From: Elusimicrobiota bacterium
GTDB lineage: Bacteria > Elusimicrobiota > Elusimicrobia > JACQPE01
Length of the DNA: 48,084 nt
Reading direction: 5' to 3'
NCBI GenBank assembly: GCA_016207685.1
Contig: JACQPE010000068.1
Coordinates: 1-48,084 of the forward strand
Position numbers and translations under genes: made by a program. The stretch's first letter is position 1. Each line of letters opens with the position of its first letter. The notes below the pieces were generated by a model, which saw only the letters and a list, made by a program, of their open reading frames with translations, was not told the DNA's origin and ran no database searches. Positions 8,964 through 17,243 of the stretch are shown one piece after another.

Positions 8964-9991
8964 TAGGTTGTCCTGTTGGGGACGTGTTGAAGGAGCAAAT
9001 CCTGAAGCTCGGCCAGGCCGTCTTTGGTGACCGAAGAAACGCATGCGGCCGGTAAACGGGGCCTGCGGCGGCGTATTTCCCGGAATGTTTTTTGCGCCGA
9101 TTCCACGGAATCTTTTTTGGTGACGACCAAAATCCTAGATTTTTTGGAAAGCCCATGTTGCCACAAATCCAACTCGCGCTCAATGGTTTTTAAATCCTCA
9201 AACATGCCGAATTCCTTGGGCTCGATCACATGCAGGAGAACGCTTGTGCGTTCCACGTGCCGCAAGAATTCATGGCCTAATCCGCGCCCCGCGTGGGCGC
9301 CCTCAATAAGCCCGGGAATATCCGCCAAAACAAAACGCCTATTTTTCCAAGAACAAACGCCCAGGACAGGGGATATCGTCGTGAAGGGATAAGCGGCAAC
9401 CTTTGGCCGGGCTGCGGTTAAAGCCGCCAACAAGCTTGATTTCCCCGCATTAGGAAGACCCACCAATCCGACATCGGCTAGAAGTTTAAGCTCTAGAACC
9501 AAAGTTTTTTCCTCTCCGGGTTCACCAGGTTCGGCATATCGGGGGGCGCGGGTTTTGTTAGATTTAAAAGCCTCGTTGCCCCTTCCCCCCTGGCCGCCTC
9601 TAGCCACCATCAGCCGCTCTTTGGGTTTTAAGAGTTCGCCCAAGAGACGGCCCGGGGGCTCTTGGATACCATTGTGCGGCGGAAGATTGGGGTCCGTCTC
9701 ATAAACCGAGGTTCCGACAGGAATGCCGGCAAAAACGTCTTTACCGGAGGCGCCTTTTTTGCGACTGCCGCGGCCATGTTCGCCGCGCTCGGCAATCAAA
9801 TGCGGGCGAAGACTTAAATGGAAAAGCGTATTGTAATGGGTGGATGATTCAAGATAAACATTTCCGCCCTTGCCGCCATCCCCGCCATCGGGTCCGCCAC
9901 GGGGAACATATTTTTCCCGCCTAAAACTGACGCACCCTTTTCCACCGTGGCCGGCACGCGCCATGATTTTGACTCGATCCAGGAATACCAT
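8963..9991 (-). CDS. obg: GTPase Obg/CgtA
   Basis: Glycine-rich Obg fold at the N-terminus (FLDRVKIMARAGHGGKGCVSFRREKYVPRGGPDGGDGGKGGNV). G motifs GLPNAGKSS and DIPGLIEGA are present. It has the conserved position downstream of rplU-rpmA. Confidence 0.95.
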   Translation of the reverse strand: MVFLDRVKIMARAGHGGKGCVSFRREKYVPRGGPDGGDGGKGGNVYLESSTHYNTLFHLSLRPHLIAERGEHGRGSRKKGASGKDVFAGIPVGTSVYETDPNLPPHNGIQEPPGRLLGELLKPKERLMVARGGQGGRGNEAFKSNKTRAPRYAEPGEPGEEKTLVLELKLLADVGLVGLPNAGKSSLLAALTAARPKVAAYPFTTISPVLGVCSWKNRRFVLADIPGLIEGAHAGRGLGHEFLRHVERTSVLLHVIEPKEFGMFEDLKTIERELDLWQHGLSKKSRILVVTKKDSVESAQKTFREIRRRRPRLPAACVSSVTKDGLAELQDLLLQHVPNRTT

Positions 9992-10019
9992 TGTTAGGTT
10001 ATAGGATGTGGGTTGTAAT
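9992..10019. repeat. Four degenerate tandem heptamers abutting the obg start codon
   Basis: Plus-strand reading is TGTTAGG TTATAGG ATGTGGG TTGTAAT. Minus-strand reading is ATTACAA CCCACAT CCTATAA CCTAACA followed directly by the obg ATG. No SD is present. Confidence 0.45.
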
Positions 10020-10057
10020 GCGCCGGTTAAGGCTAAAAATTAAACGAAACGCCGCGC

Positions 10058-10339
10058 TTAGGCCGTGACGACAGAGGCCGGTGTCGCTGCGGGAACGATT
10101 GAAACTTTTCTTTTGCCGCCAAGTCCATAGCCGTATTGCACCACGCCATCAGTCAAGGCGAAAAGAGTATGGTCCCGGCCCATGCCTACGTTGGGCCCCT
10201 GAATGACCAAGGTGCCGCGTTGGCGCATGATAACGGCGCCTTTTTTAACGATCATGCCGCCGTAAGCTTTGACGCCAAGTTTTTGGCCCGGCGAGTCACG
10301 GCCATTGGCTACGCATCCGGCAGAGCGCGTTCTAGCCAT
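10058..10339 (-). CDS. rpmA: 50S ribosomal protein L27
   Basis: The [17 protein letters not shown]...RQRGT motif block is typical of L27. 93 aa. Overlaps the rplU stop by 8 nt. Confidence 0.95.
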   Translation of the reverse strand: MARTRSAGCVANGRDSPGQKLGVKAYGGMIVKKGAVIMRQRGTLVIQGPNVGMGRDHTLFALTDGVVQYGYGLGGKRKVSIVPAATPASVVTA

Positions 10340-10655
10340 GGGAAATGCCCTTTACTTCAAGAACGGTTAAATCATCTCTATAGCCGTTTTTCTTTTTCCA
10401 AGCTTTCTTGGAACGTTTTTTAAAAACGATTTTTTTTTCCCCACGAGCATGACGGGACACTTTAAAAGTAACAGAGGCTCCGGCCACATAAGGAGCGCCC
10501 ACGGCGCCCGCCGAATCGCCGTCGGCGGTTACGGAAAGGACGTTGTCCATAGCAAATTCCTCTCCAATGGCTTTGGCCAACCGAGGAACGGAAACAGTTT
10601 TTCCGGCGCTCACCTCGTATTGTCTGGAACCAAACGCGACGATAGCTTTTAGCAT
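10332..10655 (-). CDS. rplU: 50S ribosomal protein L21
   Basis: [21 protein letters not shown]... is an L21-type N-terminus. 107 aa. Sits in the rplU-rpmA-obg order. Confidence 0.93.
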   Translation of the reverse strand: MLKAIVAFGSRQYEVSAGKTVSVPRLAKAIGEEFAMDNVLSVTADGDSAGAVGAPYVAGASVTFKVSRHARGEKKIVFKKRSKKAWKKKNGYRDDLTVLEVKGISHG

Positions 10656-10663
10656 TGTTTTTT

Positions 10664-10672
10664 ATTATACCA
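10664..10672 (-). promoter_or_regulatory. Extended -10 promoter element (TGgTATAAT) 8 nt upstream of the rplU ATG
   Basis: The minus strand reads GTTTGGTATAATAAAAAACAATG. This is a perfect TGnTATAAT, and only 8 A-rich nt separate it from the start codon. There is no SD, which implies a leaderless or near-leaderless mRNA. No good -35 is visible. Confidence 0.35.
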
Positions 10673-10780
10673 AACTGAGCCGCCACGGTCCGATGGGGGG
10701 CTGAAAAAAATTGACCGCTGAAGAGCGCGTCGAAGTTGACGTAATTGTGAGAATGACCGCAAAGAAAGCCGGGAAGTTTA

Positions 10781-12214
10781 ATGCATAAAGAGCGGATTAT
10801 GGGGATATTCCATCAAGAAAATAAATTGCAAGCAAGGAACAAGCCGGATATAAAAAAAGACCGGCGTCAGCGCCGGAAGCAACTGGCCCGGCGGCTTGCG
10901 GACGGGTTCATTTTGATTGCCGGGTCCAAGGAAGCGATTCGCAGCAACGATAACACCTACCCCTTTCATCAATTGCCCAATTTTTTCTTTCTAACGGGCA
11001 TTGATTTTGCCGGATGCTGGCTATTGATCGAACCGAAATCCGGCGCTGAAACTCTTTTCATTCCCAGGATTGACAACTACCATCGCGTTTGGCTCGGACA
11101 CATTCCGGGACCGGAGGAGATTAGAAAATACCAGGGTATTTCACGGGTGTTGTATGTTGATGATCTCGTTGCCGAATTGCGCCGGGTATCCAAAAACTAT
11201 AAGCATTCATTTTGCGATTTGGATGCTTGGAAAACCGCCAGGCCGTATTGTTTAGGAGTGAGCAACGATTCCGAAGAACTTGAAGATGCGCTTTGGGAAT
11301 TGCGCGCCGTCAAAAAATCCGGAGAACTCGAGTGCCTTAAAATCGCCGGTGCATTAAGCAGCAAAGCGCACCTTGAGTGCATGAAAAAAACGCGGCCCGG
11401 ACTCTATGAATATCAAATCCAAGCTGTTTTTGACGGTTATTGCCTTGCCGCGGGACTTAAACATTTGGGTTACCCGACTATCGTCGGCTCCGGTAGAAAC
11501 AGCGCGGTTTTGCATTACAGGGACAATTCAGCGCAGCTGAAAAACGGCGACCTTTTGCTCATTGATGCCGGGGGAGAATACCTGGGCTACAGCGCCGATA
11601 TCACCCGGACATACCCCATTAATGGAAAATTTTCTCCGAAACAACGCGATATTTATGAAATCGCGCTTAAGGCTCAAGTTGAATGCATCAATAGGGCCCG
11701 CCCCGGCGTCACATCGGCGGACCTGCATGTTCATGCCTCCAAGGTGATTGCCGAAGGCTTGAGCGAACTTAAAATTCTCAAAGGCTCGATTGATGATTTG
11801 GTTCACGAGGAAGCAGTGCGGGTTTTTTTCCCTCACGGGATCGGGCACTTGCTTGGACTTGATGTCCATGATGGTCAAGGGGGGAAGCGCAGGGCCCTGC
11901 CCAATCCCTACAAACTTAAAATCCGTTATGTCGCCAAGCTTGAACCGGGATTTGTCATTACCGTTGAACCGGGAATTTATTTTATCGAAGCCCTGCTTAA
12001 TGATTCCGAAAACCGCGAACGCCACAAAGACAGGATCAATTTCGACCGTGCCGAATCATTCTTGAGCGTCGGCGGGGTGCGCATTGAAGATGACGTCGTC
12101 ATCCAGCGCCAGGGCATGCCCTTAAATCTCACCAACGTCCCTAAAAGCATAGATGATGTCGAAGCGGTTCGCCACCGGCCAAGATTAATTGGAAAAAGTC
12201 TGATTAGTCTCTAA
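10781..12214 (+). CDS. Xaa-Pro aminopeptidase/dipeptidase, peptidase family M24B
   Basis: Metal-ligand blocks DAGGEY, DITRT, HGIGHLLGLDVHD, VEPGIY and GGVRIEDDV. Has an N-terminal AMP_N-like domain. The start could be ATG 10799 instead. Confidence 0.85.
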   Translation: MHKERIMGIFHQENKLQARNKPDIKKDRRQRRKQLARRLADGFILIAGSKEAIRSNDNTYPFHQLPNFFFLTGIDFAGCWLLIEPKSGAETLFIPRIDNYHRVWLGHIPGPEEIRKYQGISRVLYVDDLVAELRRVSKNYKHSFCDLDAWKTARPYCLGVSNDSEELEDALWELRAVKKSGELECLKIAGALSSKAHLECMKKTRPGLYEYQIQAVFDGYCLAAGLKHLGYPTIVGSGRNSAVLHYRDNSAQLKNGDLLLIDAGGEYLGYSADITRTYPINGKFSPKQRDIYEIALKAQVECINRARPGVTSADLHVHASKVIAEGLSELKILKGSIDDLVHEEAVRVFFPHGIGHLLGLDVHDGQGGKRRALPNPYKLKIRYVAKLEPGFVITVEPGIYFIEALLNDSENRERHKDRINFDRAESFLSVGGVRIEDDVVIQRQGMPLNLTNVPKSIDDVEAVRHRPRLIGKSLISL

Positions 12215-15107
12215 AAAGTTCAGGGATTTGTTTCTCTTCGAAATCGCCGATTTTTTTAAGGCCCTCCCAATCAACGCGGTTTTTATTGCCTAGGATATAA
12301 ACCGTTATCGGGCGTTTTTGAAACCGGGCGGCGAATTTTTCCAAATCAGACAACTTAAACTTCATGGCTTTTTTCATTCGGCTTGGCCGCGGGTCCTTGG
12401 TTCCCAGGCCTAATTCTTCCCAAGACATCACGGCGCCGTTAATGGAACGAAACGTCAATGGATCAGTCCGGTAACTCTCTAAAATCGCCTGTTTCGCCTG
12501 ATTGAAACGCTCGACGGATGCGGGCATGTTTTGAAAAAGCTCAACCATCAGGTTTGCGGCCTCAATGGTTTTGTCGGCCTGGCAGCCGACATAGCCGTAG
12601 AGCATGTTTTCGTCGCCCTGAATTGATCCCTTGGAATATGAACCACTGGCCGCATACGCCAATGATCTCGATTCGCGCACTTCTTGGAAAATAACGCCGG
12701 ACATGCCGCCGCCCATGTATTCACTATAAGTAATGTAATCAATCCATTTTTTGGGATTCACCCGCTCATCCGCGGCGAAAAACCCCGCTTGAGATTGCAC
12801 CATGTCGCGATGCACAAAATAAACCTTCGGTTTTGGGGTGCGTAAATACTCATAAGGAGGCCGCTTCGCCGTTTTAACGAATGCCGTCTTTGAATCGGCC
12901 AGCGCAGCGGCCAAAGCTTTGGGTTCGCGAATGCCCACATACGAAATTTTACGCTCGTAATCGAACACGCGTCCCAACCTGGATTTAAGGTCATCCGTGG
13001 TCAGCGCCTCAAGTTCTTGATTGGATAAGCGATTGATCTGCGGGCTTTTCGGGCCCAGCATCGCCAAGCTCCCCAGGGCCGAATGCACCGATCGGGGGTC
13101 TAATTTTTCATCTTTTCTGCGGCCCAAAGTCACCTCCACCATTTTTTTGAGCGTGTCCGGCTCGATACGGGGTTTCTCCAAACGTAATTTCATGAGCGCG
13201 AGCGACTCGTCAAAATTCATTTCGATGCCGGAGAGACTCACCCCCGAATAATACTCGCCGCAATAAAATCCCATTGACGTGCCCAACGAATACAGTTTTC
13301 TCTTAAACGTTTGCGGGTCCATCTCGTCAGCGCCGGCGAACTCCAATAGATTAAACGCCTGGCACAATTCCCTCTCCTGGCGCCATCCCCGCTCAAATTG
13401 AAACTCAATGGAGAAAAGATCATTCATCGGATTCTTCACCGCATAGAGCTTGCCCCAGGGAAATTTTTCAATGCGGAAATCCTCGCCTTCCTTAACCCAA
13501 CGCGGCGCGATTGCTGCGGCCTTTTGCGCCGCTAGTTCGCCAAAAAACGAGGACTGCTTGGTTGGATCAATGTCAATTTTAGTGAACCCAGGTTTTGTCA
13601 TGGAGGGAATTTCAGGCTTGTCTTTGCGGCGGTAAATCACGACACGCCCCTGGCCCAGATATTGTCCAGCCACGCGCAGAATGTCATCTTTGCGCACGGC
13701 CCGTAAACGATTGACCCACTGCGCGCTTTCTTCCCAGGATTTTTCCTCTATAAATGAATCGGCCATCATTTGCACACGAGCGCCGTTGGATTCAAGCCGG
13801 GCTTTTTCGGAAATTTCATAATTCGTCAAAATCGCGGTCAAATCCTCTTGCGTAAAAGCCCCTGATTTCAGTTTGGCCAAGGACTGCATCAAGAGATCCT
13901 CCGCTTGCTCCAAAGTCTGGTCTTTCTTCGGAATCGCCCACATTTGCCATGAGCCGCCTTCGTTGTAAGTGTCGGGCCCCGATCCCGCAGCCTTCACTTT
14001 TTGCTGCTGATTAATATCAAGGTTGATAATCCCGGTTTCGGAATTATCCATGACCATATCAAGCATGCGCAAAGCCGGCCAATCCGGGTCGTTATGAGAA
14101 ATTGCGGGCCAAGCGATAACAACTTTTTCTTCGGCCTCGTAATTAACCGTCAAGCGCTTAACATCGGAAAATTTGGGCAATTGAGGCAATTTCGGCAAGG
14201 AAAAATTTTTGGGCTGCCAAGAGCCGAACCTCTGCCGAATGATCCCCAACGCCTCTGCCGGCTCAAAATCCCCGGCTAAAATAACAGCCATGTTATTGGG
14301 AACATAATAACGGTCAAAATACTCTTTCATGCGGCTGACATTGGGATTTTTCAAATGATCCATCGAACCCAACGTCGTCAATCCCAAAGGATGCCCCTTG
14401 TAAAGCTCGGAAATCAAGGCGTCGCGCAGAATGCGTTCGGCGTTGTCCATGGAACGGTTTTTTTCTTCGTACACGGCCTCGATCTCGCTTTGAAAAAGCC
14501 TAAAAATAGGATTCTTGAAACGGTCCTCTTCAACCTGGGACCACTGTTCCAGGCGGTTTTTCGGGAAGTCGCAGACATAAACAATGGCCTCCTTGCTGGT
14601 GAAAGCATTAACGCCGTTAAATCCCCAAGTGGTGTAAAGCTTGTCAATCTCATTGGGCGCCGCAAATTTACCGGCTTCAATATTTTCCGCGTCTATCTCT
14701 TTGTAAATATTATTCCGCTTCTTCGGATCCGTTGTTTTAAATAGCTCGTTATAGAGGGCCTCAATGCGGTCTAAATGAACTTTTTCCTTATCGAAATCAA
14801 GAGTCCCCAAGCGCGTTGTGCCCTTAAAAAGCATATGCTCCAAATAATGCGCCATGCCCGTTAAGTCTTGAGGGTCCAATTTGCTGCCGCCGCGCACCGC
14901 GATCCAAGCCTCCACGCGCGGCGTTTGATGATTGGGGCTTAAATAAACCGTCAAGCCGTTCTCCAGGCGATGCACGGTAACGCCCATGGGATCATCAGCC
15001 AATGGCGTCTCATAAGTCTTAGGCAGGCGCGAAACATCAAAACTCGCGGCCCAAAGGGGAAAGCCGGCCAATGCAAAAACCAGACTAGCCCAAATTTTCT
15101 TGTTCAT
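12204..15107 (-). CDS. Secreted insulinase-like zinc peptidase, family M16 (double-length, 967 aa)
   Basis: Signal peptide MNKKIWASLVFALAGFPLWAASF. Inverted zincin motif HYLEHMLFKGT (HxxEH). The length fits two fused M16 halves. The 3' end overlaps the convergent M24 gene by 11 nt. Confidence 0.85.
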   Translation of the reverse strand: MNKKIWASLVFALAGFPLWAASFDVSRLPKTYETPLADDPMGVTVHRLENGLTVYLSPNHQTPRVEAWIAVRGGSKLDPQDLTGMAHYLEHMLFKGTTRLGTLDFDKEKVHLDRIEALYNELFKTTDPKKRNNIYKEIDAENIEAGKFAAPNEIDKLYTTWGFNGVNAFTSKEAIVYVCDFPKNRLEQWSQVEEDRFKNPIFRLFQSEIEAVYEEKNRSMDNAERILRDALISELYKGHPLGLTTLGSMDHLKNPNVSRMKEYFDRYYVPNNMAVILAGDFEPAEALGIIRQRFGSWQPKNFSLPKLPQLPKFSDVKRLTVNYEAEEKVVIAWPAISHNDPDWPALRMLDMVMDNSETGIINLDINQQQKVKAAGSGPDTYNEGGSWQMWAIPKKDQTLEQAEDLLMQSLAKLKSGAFTQEDLTAILTNYEISEKARLESNGARVQMMADSFIEEKSWEESAQWVNRLRAVRKDDILRVAGQYLGQGRVVIYRRKDKPEIPSMTKPGFTKIDIDPTKQSSFFGELAAQKAAAIAPRWVKEGEDFRIEKFPWGKLYAVKNPMNDLFSIEFQFERGWRQERELCQAFNLLEFAGADEMDPQTFKRKLYSLGTSMGFYCGEYYSGVSLSGIEMNFDESLALMKLRLEKPRIEPDTLKKMVEVTLGRRKDEKLDPRSVHSALGSLAMLGPKSPQINRLSNQELEALTTDDLKSRLGRVFDYERKISYVGIREPKALAAALADSKTAFVKTAKRPPYEYLRTPKPKVYFVHRDMVQSQAGFFAADERVNPKKWIDYITYSEYMGGGMSGVIFQEVRESRSLAYAASGSYSKGSIQGDENMLYGYVGCQADKTIEAANLMVELFQNMPASVERFNQAKQAILESYRTDPLTFRSINGAVMSWEELGLGTKDPRPSRMKKAMKFKLSDLEKFAARFQKRPITVYILGNKNRVDWEGLKKIGDFEEKQIPELFRD

Positions 15108-15210
15108 ATACCCTCTTTTCTATTCTTGCCAACCATTTGAGTAATCTGTCTTATAAAATACGTCGTTTATTTGATAATACAAAAGCATGCCCACCAAGAA
15201 GTTTCGGTGG

Positions 15211-15780
15211 CTAAGTCGGGTCAATTTGGAGGATGTCGAAATCTCTTTTTTTCGGCTCGCCTGGAATTTTTTCTGCGCCGTAGTAAATTTGTCCAAAAAT
15301 CTGCTCCATCGGCGCGCCAAAAAGCGCCTCTATAATAGGATGACCTTTGGTGTAACGGCACTTGGCTGTGACAAGGAAGGGCTCCATTTTAGAAATTAAA
15401 CCGCGCTCCTTAAGCTCCATGGCAATCCCGGCCAATTCCTCGGAGCGCCGCTCGGGCGATGCGCGTTGCGTTTCCAGGGAAGGACAATAGGTAAAGGTGG
15501 AAATAAAACTGCCCATGCCCCTGCTTCCGCCGTCGCTGATTTGAAGCCGGTCCATATACCCCGTTGGAGCGCCATGGCTTTTGATCACGCTGCGGCAGCT
15601 GGCGTCTTGGTAACAACCCCGGGTCCTCCAGATGTCCCCATGAATAGAATAGTGAAGGAAAATCACCCAGACCAAAGCGGCCAACAGGCCAAAAGGCAAC
15701 AAACTGGCAATGATCAAAACGATCCTTGGCTCATTTGATCCCAAAAAATTTTCAATTTTATTTTTTTGTCGAGCCATCAT
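15211..15780 (-). CDS. Hypothetical N-terminally membrane-anchored protein (189 aa)
   Basis: Single TM segment IVLIIASLLPFGLLAALVWVIFL followed by a ~140-aa Cys-containing domain I cannot assign. Lies 73 nt downstream of the FIST gene on the same strand. Confidence 0.5.
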   Translation of the reverse strand: MMARQKNKIENFLGSNEPRIVLIIASLLPFGLLAALVWVIFLHYSIHGDIWRTRGCYQDASCRSVIKSHGAPTGYMDRLQISDGGSRGMGSFISTFTYCPSLETQRASPERRSEELAGIAMELKERGLISKMEPFLVTAKCRYTKGHPIIEALFGAPMEQIFGQIYYGAEKIPGEPKKRDFDILQIDPT

Positions 15781-15853
15781 AACAACCTTAAAACAAACCT
15801 GCCAGTTTGATCAATTATAAACAATGTAAAAGGGATCCGGCCACCAAGTTGCG

Positions 15854-17059
15854 TCAGCAATTGGCGCCAAATTCGGATTTATCATAGGAGAAGGCGCCCA
15901 GGACTCCGGTGAAGCCGTGGGTCATGATGCCGTGATTGTGCGTGGTTAATTCGAAGGAACTGAACATTCCGATTAAAGGAAAATTTCCTAGTTCTTGACG
16001 GATTAGCGTGATGTCGTGGTTGTCCGTGCCGTAGAGATCGCGTCCGCGCCCGGCGCAGTTAAAGTAGATGCCGAATTGGGGCGCGGCACCGCCTAAATGG
16101 CGGCGCATATTTTTGAGGCTCGTTTTCATTTCTCGATGAGCCCACTCTTTTTCTCTCAAAACGAAGGTGAGGCGGCTCCCGGGTGGGAGCTTTTCTTCCA
16201 TGAGAATTCCCCCCGATGACGGGTCAATCGCTAGAATCGGGCGGACGTAGTATTGATGAGGTCCCGGTGGCTCGTGGGATGCGGCGCCGTCGAAAATAAC
16301 GCCGGCTAAAATGGGCAGGGGTCGTTCCCAGGATTGGGAATTGTTTTTTGCTTCCTTGACAATGGCGGCAAGTTCGCGTTCAAGAATTTTGGTGGCAGGC
16401 TGGCCGGAGAGTTCCAATATGAGATTATTATTGACTTTGGTGACGGCCAGAGGCGCCGAGAGCGCCCGGCAGCTGTAAGCCACGGCCAATTGGGCTTTGA
16501 GTCGCCGGTCGAAATCCATAAAAACCGAAGCGTCCCTTAAGGCTTGGTTTTGGAACAAGACGGGAGCGCCGTTGAATGAGGGCGTAAAACCACTCGCACC
16601 GCCGCCAAAAATGGGAACGGCCGCGCGAACCCATTGATGGGGGCTGCTTGCCGGATTAAAAGATCCCGGATCGCAAAAAATAATGGCGCTGCCGGGAGCG
16701 TTTATTGCGGGCAATGATTGGCGCGGCGCGCTCAAAGGGCTTTCTTGAACGAGCGTTGATGAACATGGCGGACCAGCGTTGTCGCCGCCCAGAACCAGAA
16801 TGGCGCAGCCTGGGCCTTCTTCGATTTCTTCATCTTGAGTCAAGACGCCACAGGCGGAAGCCCCGGAAATGACCGGCGCCGCCGTCACCCGGCGGACGCC
16901 TTCGAGAAATTGGTTGTAGTCGGCGGCGGGACGGGAGGTTGCAAAAACAATGGCTGCCTGGGCTTTAACTAAATTGGCCGCGCCCATGGCGGCGTCGCTG
17001 GCCTCAAGAGCTTGTTTGAGGGAGTCGGCGTTCCGTGAGTAGCCTGTTCCTGCTTGCAT
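15854..17059 (-). CDS. FIST-domain sensory protein (FIST_N + FIST_C)
   Basis: 401 aa. The N-terminal pattern GYSRNADSLKQALEASDAA...AQAAIVFATS...VISGASACGVL and the C-terminal FNCAGRGRDLYG...IGMFSSFE resemble FIST N and C domains. The call is from pattern memory only. Confidence 0.6.
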   Translation of the reverse strand: MQAGTGYSRNADSLKQALEASDAAMGAANLVKAQAAIVFATSRPAADYNQFLEGVRRVTAAPVISGASACGVLTQDEEIEEGPGCAILVLGGDNAGPPCSSTLVQESPLSAPRQSLPAINAPGSAIIFCDPGSFNPASSPHQWVRAAVPIFGGGASGFTPSFNGAPVLFQNQALRDASVFMDFDRRLKAQLAVAYSCRALSAPLAVTKVNNNLILELSGQPATKILERELAAIVKEAKNNSQSWERPLPILAGVIFDGAASHEPPGPHQYYVRPILAIDPSSGGILMEEKLPPGSRLTFVLREKEWAHREMKTSLKNMRRHLGGAAPQFGIYFNCAGRGRDLYGTDNHDITLIRQELGNFPLIGMFSSFELTTHNHGIMTHGFTGVLGAFSYDKSEFGANC

Positions 17060-17103
17060 TTGCCCCTAGACTACTGGATGAACATTAGGATCGCAAGGGG
17101 CGA
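17060..17103 (-). promoter_or_regulatory. 5'-UTR hairpin sequestering the SD of the FIST gene
   Basis: 17060-17067 pairs with 17096-17103: 8 bp, six G-C and one G-U, with a 28-nt loop. On the mRNA the 3' arm is AGGGGCAA directly followed by AUG, so the only SD-like purine run is inside the stem. Confidence 0.3.
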
Positions 17104-17150
17104 AAATTCGTAAGATGGGGGAGCTTCCGATGAAATTTTTTTTTCGTTCT

Positions 17151-17224
17151 AAGTTCCAAGTTCCAAGGTTAAAAAAGTGGAACAGGGAAAAAAATTTTTT
17201 ATCTCTTGTTTTGGAATTTGGAAC
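17151..17224. repeat. AAGTTCC x2.4 tandem heptamer plus inverted copy, forming a 14-bp hairpin
   Basis: AAGTTCC AAGTTCC AAGG lies at 17151-17168. GTTCCAAGTTCCAA (17153-17166) pairs with TTGGAATTTGGAAC (17211-17224) with a single G-T wobble. The 44-nt loop contains the A7/T6 palindrome. This is the divergent FIST/addB spacer. Confidence 0.55.
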
Positions 17225-17243
17225 CCCCGGAGATTATTGACCC

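Noticed and set aside
15191-15210. CCACC-N10-GGTGG hairpin right after the stop of the 189-aa gene, considered as an intrinsic terminator.
   Set aside because: The stem is only 5 bp, and the U-run (GCAUGCUUUUG) starts 6 nt after it. It is too weak to report as a feature.
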